Source: Pyrodictium delaneyi (GTDB lineage Archaea > Thermoproteota > Thermoprotei_A > Sulfolobales > Pyrodictiaceae). Taken from it: a stretch of DNA of 32,000 nucleotides. The notes under the pieces are model-generated. The model made no database searches. It had not been told where the DNA came from and worked only from the letters and a program-made list of their open reading frames with translations. This document shows, piece by piece, positions 16,681 through 23,691 of the stretch. The stretch covers positions 810,001-842,000 of the forward strand of contig NZ_CP013011.1 in NCBI RefSeq assembly GCF_001412615.1, given 5' to 3'. Numbering within the stretch: the first letter of the stretch is position 1; each line of letters opens with the position of its first letter. The translations under genes and the position numbers were made by a program.

Positions 16681-17521
16681 CTAGGTCGAGTATAGCCGTC
16701 CCTACACTCTTGTAGACACGTATCTCCCCGGGCATACAGTTTTTCACACCCCGAAGCGCTTCGCCGAGCTCAACAACCTCAACCAGCTTCTCGCCCACGT
16801 CGTCGCTCTCGCTCAGTACACCCTCACGCGTGTCCACGAGTACACATTGCGCCCTAGCCAGGGTATCCTGGTCAAGCTCCCGGACAGGCCGTGGCGCACC
16901 AACACTGGCCACTACGGCGCCGCTACGGAGCAGCCTCCCCAGGACAACAGGCTCGCGCGACGTGGTCGCAGCGATCACGGTGTCGGCCTCCCTGAGTAGC
17001 CTCCCGGGTTCTGCAACCTCGCCCCCGTACTGTGCCGCGAGCTTCTCGGCCCGGTTGCGGGTAGGAGAGTAGACCATTACGTGCTCGTACCTGTAGAGCC
17101 TCGTAAGGAGCCTCAAGTGGTAGCTGGCCTGCACCCCCGCGCCGAGAACCCCGAGCACGCCGCCTGTACCGCCTAGGAGCCGGAGTGCTACGGCAGTGGC
17201 TGCTGCTGTCCTCCAGCCGGTAGCCGCTTCGGCGTCAGCCTCTAGGAGTAGCTCGCCAGTCTCTGCGTCGACGAGGAAGAGCCGGCCACGAACCAGCGGC
17301 AATCCCCGCCCAGGGTTCCCCGGGTAGACACCGACCACCTTGACAGCGTAGAAGCCCTGGCCTGCGGAAGGCATTACACCGAGCCAGGAGCCCCGGTGCT
17401 CTAGCCCAAGCCTTGCAGGGGCTACAACGCCTGTGCTCCGAAGCACTCTCTCGACATCCTCAACGAGCTCCGCTGGGTCGACTAGCTGGTCTACCTCCTT
17501 GTTTGACAGGTATACTGCCAC
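16634..17521 (-). CDS. ornithine cyclodeaminase / mu-crystallin family protein (archaeal alanine dehydrogenase-like)
   Basis: It has family motifs: AATGWRTAAATAVA, a Rossmann GVLGAGVQA, and the C-terminal YKSVGTAILDLA. The ORF opens at GTG 17617. I prefer GTG 17521 (MAVYLSNKEVDQL...), which has a TATAATA-like element at 17561-17568 upstream on the coding strand. Confidence 0.75.
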   Translation of the reverse strand: MAVYLSNKEVDQLVDPAELVEDVERVLRSTGVVAPARLGLEHRGSWLGVMPSAGQGFYAVKVVGVYPGNPGRGLPLVRGRLFLVDAETGELLLEADAEAATGWRTAAATAVALRLLGGTGGVLGVLGAGVQASYHLRLLTRLYRYEHVMVYSPTRNRAEKLAAQYGGEVAEPGRLLREADTVIAATTSREPVVLGRLLRSGAVVASVGAPRPVRELDQDTLARAQCVLVDTREGVLSESDDVGEKLVEVVELGEALRGVKNCMPGEIRVYKSVGTAILDLAIALHLYRRLGHQDS

Positions 17522-17598
17522 CCCGGGGCTACACCCCAGGGTGGCCCCGGAATGCAGGGGTATTATACTGTGGGATACGTGTGGGCCGCAAGAGGGGT

Positions 17599-19704
17599 CT
17601 AGAGGAACTCGCTCCACCAGTCTTCAGGTGCCCGTGCTTGCTGGCTCCGCGGCGCTGATAGTAGCCCGTCGAGCACAGCGCGGAGCAGCACTGCGACAGC
17701 GTGGCTGCAGGGCTGCCGCGCCTTGCAGCTACAGCTACTCCTGCGCTCGGGGAGGCTGATGTGTGCCTCGTAGGAGTAACCACTCTGGGTCATTACCTCG
17801 CCGTAGACGGTGCCGGTTTCCTCGCTGTAGCTTGCCCAGACTTGTTCCCGGGCTAGGAGCCGTAGCGCCCTCTCTACGGTATCCGGTGCCGGGTCGATCC
17901 CCGCTACTGCGGCTACTGCCTCGGCTAGGTCTGGGGGCTGCTCGCCGAGGAGCTGGCCTATCTTCTCCAGGGCCTCTGCCCGAAGCTCCTCTACGAGGCG
18001 TAAGTCCTCACGGCCCCCGGCCCAAGCCTCTACGAGGCTTAGGTCGCCGCCGCTATAGTCGAGGACCCTGTCCCTAAGCCTTATCATCAATGGACTGGGG
18101 GCGAGCGGCCCGACAACCACAGCTTCGCCGGTGTTGAGGCCTGGAAGGTTGTCGAGTAAGTCCTGGCTCACCTGCTCGCTCGAATCCCGCACAGCCTCCT
18201 GGTCCCTGGGGTTAACTATACGCAGTATGATCTGGCCCTGGAGCTGACTGAGCACGTCCGGGTCTATACGGGAAGGCCTCTGAGTGATGGCTACCAGGAA
18301 GACGCCGAACTTCCGGCCCTCGCTCGCAATAGTGGCTGCTACGTCGCGGCTACGAGTCTGCCTCTGGCTCTTAGGCGGCATAAAGCGGTGGGCCTCCTCG
18401 ACCACGATCACTACTGGGTAAGGGTAGCTCTCGCCGTCGACACCCCTCACGTAGCGGAGCCGGGCATTGAATATCCTTGCTAGTATGTTGAAGGCTAGGT
18501 GGTCTTGCACCTCAGCCCGGAGCCCAGCCAGGTTCACGACCGTCACGGTGCCGGGCTCTAGTAGCTGGTCGAGGGGAAGGCTACGCACACCGTAGACGCC
18601 TATGCGGCGGAGCTCCTCCAGGTAGCGTATCGCGTCGTAGCCCGGGCTACTATCCTTGCTCAGAGCTAGCCAGAGCCGGCGGATACCCCGGCCCAGCCTC
18701 TCGTCGGCTGCCAGCAGCTCCTCCAGCCTCCTACCGGTTGCAGCTGCCTTGTAGAGGTCCTGGGACGCGGCCGCGCTCAGCCGGCGGAGCAGCTCTGCGG
18801 CGAAGCGGTCGAGGCGGCCACCCTGGAGCCTGGCGACCTCCACAGCGTCTATAGCAGCGTGAACCACCTTGATCATGCCGCGTAGGCCTAGCCACTTCCT
18901 CTGCCCAGTAGCCTCTGCCACCCAGCGGGCGAGCCTCTTTGCACCGTATATCACGCTCCTTATACGGGTCGCTTTAGCCGGCACCCCGGCTATTGAGGCG
19001 AGCTCCTCCGGCGACATGTCGGCTACGCTAACCCGGTACTGGATATCACCCTCCTGGTCCCGCCTCCCCTTGATGACCCGGACCGCGTTCTCGAAGCCAG
19101 GGCCGAGCCGGAAGACAGTCCTCTTCATAGCCGTGTACTCGCCGTGAGGATCCAACACTACTATAGTGGCGCCTTTCTTCAGCAGCTCCTCTATTAGCAC
19201 TACGCTAGCCCACGTCTTCCCCGCACCCGTAGCTGCTATGATTGCTACATGGCGCTTAACGCCCTCCAGATCCAGGTATGCGGGGACGCTCGGCCGGGAG
19301 ATCAGGCTCCCCACGTGGAGCCGGCGAGGCTCATCCACAGCGTAGAAGTCTTCGAGAAGCTCGTCGGGGGCGAGGTAGACCCAGCTCCCCACGGGCGGGG
19401 CGCGGCGGGGGAGGTAAATGCGGCCCCTCCACTTGTAGCCCAACACCCGGGCCGCCGCGACCACGGTGTCGCTGCCGCGAGGTAGGCTGAGGTTACGTAG
19501 AACGGGCCAAGGGTGCTCCGGGGAGACGCCTACGGCGAGCCTGCGGACAGCCCGGATCTGGGCCAGGACCTTCACTGTGACGCGGGTGTCTTCGCCGGGC
19601 GGTGTCTCCCAGGTCTCAACGTAGACGTAGTCGTAGAGGGGCGGGATGTTGTCCGGATCTACTGTGAACACGAAGTAGTCTGGCCTAGAGTCGCCGGTAA
19701 CCAT
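17599..19704 (-). CDS. HerA/DUF87-type (FtsK-HerA superfamily) ATPase with C-terminal SWIM-type zinc finger
   Basis: It has Walker A (AATGAGKTW), Walker B (VVIVVEEAHRF) and the HerA-type stretch AITQRPSRIDPDVLSQLQGQIILRIVNPRD. The C-terminal CSCKARQPCSH (17701-17733) fits CxCxnCxH. The ORF opens at TTG 19740; ATG 19704 is the first ATG. Confidence 0.8.
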   Translation of the reverse strand: MVTGDSRPDYFVFTVDPDNIPPLYDYVYVETWETPPGEDTRVTVKVLAQIRAVRRLAVGVSPEHPWPVLRNLSLPRGSDTVVAAARVLGYKWRGRIYLPRRAPPVGSWVYLAPDELLEDFYAVDEPRRLHVGSLISRPSVPAYLDLEGVKRHVAIIAATGAGKTWASVVLIEELLKKGATIVVLDPHGEYTAMKRTVFRLGPGFENAVRVIKGRRDQEGDIQYRVSVADMSPEELASIAGVPAKATRIRSVIYGAKRLARWVAEATGQRKWLGLRGMIKVVHAAIDAVEVARLQGGRLDRFAAELLRRLSAAASQDLYKAAATGRRLEELLAADERLGRGIRRLWLALSKDSSPGYDAIRYLEELRRIGVYGVRSLPLDQLLEPGTVTVVNLAGLRAEVQDHLAFNILARIFNARLRYVRGVDGESYPYPVVIVVEEAHRFMPPKSQRQTRSRDVAATIASEGRKFGVFLVAITQRPSRIDPDVLSQLQGQIILRIVNPRDQEAVRDSSEQVSQDLLDNLPGLNTGEAVVVGPLAPSPLMIRLRDRVLDYSGGDLSLVEAWAGGREDLRLVEELRAEALEKIGQLLGEQPPDLAEAVAAVAGIDPAPDTVERALRLLAREQVWASYSEETGTVYGEVMTQSGYSYEAHISLPERRSSCSCKARQPCSHAVAVLLRAVLDGLLSAPRSQQARAPEDWWSEFL

Positions 19705-20055
19705 TCCTATAGGCTCGCCGCCCCTGCTGCGCCTCCCCAAGGCTTCTCTACAGCCCCGCTCCTCGGTATTGGGGAGAAGTTCTGGCTGGGCCCCGGACCG
19801 GCCCCGGCCCCCGGAGAATAAGGAGCCGTATTACCTTAAGTAGAGGCCTCCAAGACTCTCCCGCCCAGCCTGACAGGATAAGACCGGGAATCAGCCTAGC
19901 AACGCATATGCAAGGTCTATCACGGCTTACAAATCCATGCCGTGGCCTAGGCTTATAAATGCCCCTACGGTAGGGGAACGGGTTAACGCAGGTATACCCG
20001 CCTCTGCAGGATAAAGGCATGCGGTAAGCTGGAGGAAAGCGGGCCCGCCTACTGC

Positions 20056-20079
20056 ACTATAACCACGCCATAGCTATGG
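20056..20079 (+). promoter_or_regulatory. TATA-like CTATAA plus 12-bp palindrome CCATAGCTATGG immediately upstream of the radical SAM gene
   Basis: CTATAA is at 20057-20062, about 33 nt before GTG 20093. The palindrome at 20068-20079 sits between that box and the start. Confidence 0.3.
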
Positions 20080-20092
20080 TGAGGGGTTAGAG

Positions 20093-21412
20093 GTGGAAGG
20101 AAATAGACGGGACAACATCGTGCTGCCGGGAACAGTAGTACGCTTCGCCAGGATAATAGCTGCTACTGCGCTACGTCGTGCCGACGCCTTCTTCGAGACA
20201 CTTGAGAAGATGCCTGCCGACCCGCGCCGCCACGTGGAGGCCCTAGCTAGGGCGGAGGGGCCTCACGCACTCTACGTGCACATGCCGTTCTGCCACCAGC
20301 CTCTCTGCCGCTTCTGCTGTTTCGTCCGCTACCCGTTCGACAGGGAGATGAACCGGAGCTACATGAAGGCCCTCGCGGCCGAGGCCACTTGGCTCGCCTC
20401 AACAGCTGAGGCCGCGAAGGTGCCGCTCGTCTACATAGGCGGGGGCACCCCGAGCATAGACGTCTACGCTCTCGCGGAGCTTGTAGACGTGCTCCGGAGC
20501 TACTTCGGCCGCGGGATAGACGTCTCCACGGAGGCTAGCCCACTAGACATAGACGACGAGGCTGTCCAGGTGCTCCGCTCAGCCGGGGTCAAGAGGCTGA
20601 GTATAGGCATCCAGGCGCTGAGCAATGAGAGGCTACGCCGCCTAGGCAGGCTCAGCAACACGGTCGAGGACGCGCTACGCGCGGTAGAAGCAGCCCGGGG
20701 CCGGTTCGAGACCCTCAACATAGACATAGTGTGGGGTATCGCGAGCGACACCCCGGAGACGGTCTACAACGAGGCCAGGCGGGCCCTCGAGCTGGGGGCT
20801 AGCCAGGTAACCTTCTACCCGCTCATGCCCGCTCCGGGGCTGCGGAGGCTGCTCCGCGAGAGACGGGAGGGTCCCTGGCATCCCATGGAGCCCAGGCTCT
20901 ACGAGGCGGTGCTCCAGGCTGCTCGAGATGCGGGCTACCGGCCTGCGACACCATGGTGTATGGACCAGGGGTCGGAGCTGATAGACGAGTACGTGGTTGA
21001 CTACGACCGGTTCCTAGCCATAGGGCTCAGCGCCATTGGGCGCACAGAGGGCTACATATACGTGAACACGTTCACACCCGAGCGCTACGTGAAGCTGGTG
21101 GCGGAGAGGGGCCACGCAGCGGCCCTAGCTAAGAAGCTCACCGTGGAGGAGGATATGCTCTACTACGCCTCCTCCATGGCCTTTGGGCTGCGCTGGTGCC
21201 CCGAGCAGCTCAGGAAGCGCTACGGCCTACTAGCCCGCGGCCTCAACGCGATGGTCGCGGCAGCGCTGAGGATACTGGGCGAGCAGAAGAGAGACGGCAG
21301 CTGCTACGTACTGGAGACACCGGGCAGCCTCTACGCAGCCCACGCGGTTCAGCGCAGCATCTACATGGCAGTAAACGGGCTACGCGAATGGGGCATGAAG
21401 ACCGGCGCCTAG
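20093..21412 (+). CDS. radical SAM protein, HemN/HemW (oxygen-independent coproporphyrinogen oxidase-like) family
   Basis: The 439-aa ORF contains YVHMPFCHQPLCRFCCF (cluster cysteines), VYIGGGTPS and RLSIGIQALS, all colinear with HemN-family proteins. The GTG start is preceded by GGTGAGGGG. Confidence 0.8.
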   Translation: MEGNRRDNIVLPGTVVRFARIIAATALRRADAFFETLEKMPADPRRHVEALARAEGPHALYVHMPFCHQPLCRFCCFVRYPFDREMNRSYMKALAAEATWLASTAEAAKVPLVYIGGGTPSIDVYALAELVDVLRSYFGRGIDVSTEASPLDIDDEAVQVLRSAGVKRLSIGIQALSNERLRRLGRLSNTVEDALRAVEAARGRFETLNIDIVWGIASDTPETVYNEARRALELGASQVTFYPLMPAPGLRRLLRERREGPWHPMEPRLYEAVLQAARDAGYRPATPWCMDQGSELIDEYVVDYDRFLAIGLSAIGRTEGYIYVNTFTPERYVKLVAERGHAAALAKKLTVEEDMLYYASSMAFGLRWCPEQLRKRYGLLARGLNAMVAAALRILGEQKRDGSCYVLETPGSLYAAHAVQRSIYMAVNGLREWGMKTGA

Positions 21413-22242
21413 CTCTTCTTGGCCCTCGCGACCCACTTGACTAGCCTCACGCGCCTCCTCGTCTCAGCGCGGTGTGGCCCGCCGCCAGCCGCTACAGTCC
21501 AGCGGATCTCGCGGCATATGCTCCGGTCGATGTAGGTGCCCGCGACGAGGGTTGCCCCGAGCCTCGCTCCGACCACCGGGTGGAAGCTAGAAGTGTGGCC
21601 TACTAGGGCTCGCTCCCGCGCAGCCCTTGCTGCCTCGAACTCCTCAAGGAGCAGCGGGGGGTCAAGTACAGCGCTCCCCGAGGCCACGGCTATGTCGGCG
21701 CTGCGTAGCGCCTCGAGGGCCTCCTCGCGGGCCTCCAGCACAGGGTAGCCCGCGCGGCGCGCCTCCTCCCGGAGGGCTGGGTCGAGCTCCGCGACCAAGA
21801 CCTCGGCGCCGGTGCTGCGTAGCTCGTCCGCCACCCCGGCCATGTAGCCTAGGAGTACCACTCTGTCGCCCCTTCTGACGCCTAGTATCTCTGATAGGCT
21901 CCGGCGCTGCACCTCCACCGGGGGCTCGGTGGTGCACTCTATCCACGCGTTCGTCACTGCGTTCACAGCCGCCACGGCCAGCGCTGCTGCGAGGGGCTCG
22001 CCCCGGCCTGCTAGACGGGCTAGCATCCTGGGGGTGGCGTCCTCTAGCCGCTCGTCGAACGGCTCTAGGGGGAGCCAGTGGGGGATCAGGCTGACACCGC
22101 ACCAGCCGCCCTCGAGCTCCACGTAGGCGTGGCTGCGGCCCGCGAACGCGTCCACCAGGTGGAGCCCGGCCCAGCGGCGTAGGGGCCCGTCAAGAGCCTC
22201 CAGTAGTGCCCGCGAGAGCCTCCTCCAGGCCGACTGCTGCAC
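21409..22242 (-). CDS. DUF364/DUF4213-like Rossmann-domain protein (putative chelation/cofactor-related), function unknown
   Basis: The 277-aa ORF follows the pattern I associate with this family: HAYVELEGGWCGVS, then RVVLLGYMAG, ADIAVASGSAVL, ALVGHTSSFHP and TLVAGTYI. The call rests on recollection of the family pattern only. Confidence 0.55.
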   Translation of the reverse strand: MQQSAWRRLSRALLEALDGPLRRWAGLHLVDAFAGRSHAYVELEGGWCGVSLIPHWLPLEPFDERLEDATPRMLARLAGRGEPLAAALAVAAVNAVTNAWIECTTEPPVEVQRRSLSEILGVRRGDRVVLLGYMAGVADELRSTGAEVLVAELDPALREEARRAGYPVLEAREEALEALRSADIAVASGSAVLDPPLLLEEFEAARAARERALVGHTSSFHPVVGARLGATLVAGTYIDRSICREIRWTVAAGGGPHRAETRRRVRLVKWVARAKKS

Positions 22243-23152
22243 CAGGCACCGCCTCCTCTGCTTCTCCGGCTCCTTGCTCCAGCTTTAGCCAGACTACGCG
22301 CTGCGGGAACGGTATCTCCACCCCGGCGCGGTCTAGCTCCTCCTTTATCCTCCCTAGCAGCTCCCACTTTACCTCTAGCCACTTCAAGCTAGGCACCCAG
22401 AACATCACCCGGAGCACCACGGCGCTATCGCCCAGCTCCTCAACGAAAACCCTGGGCGGGGGCTCTGCTAAGACTAGGGGGTGCTTCTCGAGGATCCCGA
22501 GTATCACCCTCCTGGCCTCCTCTATGCTGCTCCTATAGCTTATCCCGACCCGGTACTCTATCCTCCGGGCAGGGTGGCTGTAGAGGTTCTTAATGGTGCT
22601 CCGGAACACAGTCTCGTTGGGGACGCGGAGCCGGAGCCCGTCTAGCGTCGTTATACGCGTTGAGAACATGGTTATGTCCTCGACGCGGCCCATTATACCC
22701 ATCTCCGGCAGCTCGACAATATCGCCAGGCTTCAGCGGCTTGTCGAAGTAGAGGAAGAGGCCGCTAAAGAAGTTCGACGCCACAGTCTGGCTCGCGAAGC
22801 CAAGCGCTACGCCTATCAGGCTACCCGCGAACGCGAACCCCGTCACATCGAAGCCCGCCACGCCGAGCGCTATCACACCCGCCAGCGCCACCAACGCGTA
22901 GTAGCTCAGCTTAGACGCCACATCCACCACAGAAGTCGGCAGCTGGCTCAGCTCGAGCGTACGCCGCACCATACGCCTTACAAGCATAGACAACGCTACG
23001 CCCACTAGCAGGACGGCAGTAAATACAGCGCCCTTGTAGAGGTAGACCCCGACAGTCTCCAGCAGCTGCGTAAGCGACTCGGCCACAGCACCAACAACCC
23101 TCCAGCCAGAACCCTCCCTCGATGCCTCGTCCTCTACACTAGCCGTAGACAC
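22190..23152 (-). CDS. small-conductance mechanosensitive channel (MscS family)
   Basis: TM helices are followed by the MscS beta-domain signature: FFSGLFLYFDKPLKPGDIVEL...GRVEDITMFSTRITTLDGLRLRVPN. The ORF opens at GTG 23203. I prefer GTG 23152 because a TTTAAG/CTTAAA element (23175-23180) lies about 26 nt upstream. Confidence 0.8.
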   Translation of the reverse strand: MSTASVEDEASREGSGWRVVGAVAESLTQLLETVGVYLYKGAVFTAVLLVGVALSMLVRRMVRRTLELSQLPTSVVDVASKLSYYALVALAGVIALGVAGFDVTGFAFAGSLIGVALGFASQTVASNFFSGLFLYFDKPLKPGDIVELPEMGIMGRVEDITMFSTRITTLDGLRLRVPNETVFRSTIKNLYSHPARRIEYRVGISYRSSIEEARRVILGILEKHPLVLAEPPPRVFVEELGDSAVVLRVMFWVPSLKWLEVKWELLGRIKEELDRAGVEIPFPQRVVWLKLEQGAGEAEEAVPGAAVGLEEALAGTTGGS

Positions 23153-23174
23153 TCTATGGAGACCTGGCCGAGGG

Positions 23175-23180
23175 TTTAAG
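23175..23180 (-). promoter_or_regulatory. TATA-like element upstream of the MscS gene
   Basis: CTTAAA on the coding strand lies about 26 nt upstream of in-frame GTG 23152. Confidence 0.35.
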
Positions 23181-23691
23181 CCCCAGGGCCCTAGGAGACA
23201 CACAGCCCTTGGGCGGGCGGCTCACCCGCCCCTGACACCGGGGCGGCACCCCGGGAAGGGATGAGGGCGGGGTCCACACGGGCGGCGCCCAGTTCCACGC
23301 TCACTACCCAGTCCCTCACGTCATAATTTCATCTAATCGTCACAATGAACTGGCACGTAGCTTCCCCATTCTTGAAGTATAGCGTCGTAGTGTCGAGGCG
23401 GCGACGGCTAGACAATGTGGCAATGAGCGTCATCAATGCAGGTGCTCCGAGGCAGCCGTGTTTAGCCGGAATTGCCCCCAAGTAGCTGCTCTAACAGCAT
23501 CCGGGAACGATATATCCTCTATGGGAGGGGTAAGCCTAAGTCTAGGCGTTATCAGAGCTTAGTGTCTACCAGGGCGCCGGGGCCCAGTACAATATAAGCC
23601 CCGGTGCTATGCCCTAGACTTTCTAGTCTCAATACCTAAAGTAGTTGTACCTGGGTACCTGGCGTGGCCTGGTGCGGGGACTGATACTGGC

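Noticed and set aside
19748-20020. A 90-aa minus-strand ORF fills most of the HerA / radical SAM spacer.
   Set aside because: Its composition is shadow-like (R/G/P-rich, MPLSCRGGYTCVNPFPYRRG...). It has no recognisable motif and no convincing TATA or SD signal, and it overlaps the TATA-like and palindromic elements. I treat it as noncoding.
21409-21412. The convergent radical SAM and DUF364-like genes share the tetranucleotide CTAG as overlapping TAG stop codons.
   Set aside because: This is a trivial consequence of tight convergent packing and the high CTAG frequency in this sequence. It is not evidence of a functional element.
23205-23300. I considered the GC-rich hairpin cluster as a possible tRNA, SRP RNA fragment or replication origin.
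   Set aside because: There is no T-loop (GGTTCRAATCC-like) or cloverleaf arrangement. The CCCGGGAAGGGATGAGGG stretch only loosely resembles the SRP helix 8 sequence and is far too short. I saw no ORB-like dyads (TCCA...TGGAAA type). It is retained only as an unexplained structured region in the findings.
23346-23486. A 46-codon ORF (MNWHVASPFLKYSVVVSRRRRLDNVAMSVINAGAPRQPCLAGIAPK) has an ATAATTT element about 20 nt upstream.
   Set aside because: It is too short and featureless to support as a gene from sequence alone. It is listed only as a candidate if the spacer turns out to be transcribed.
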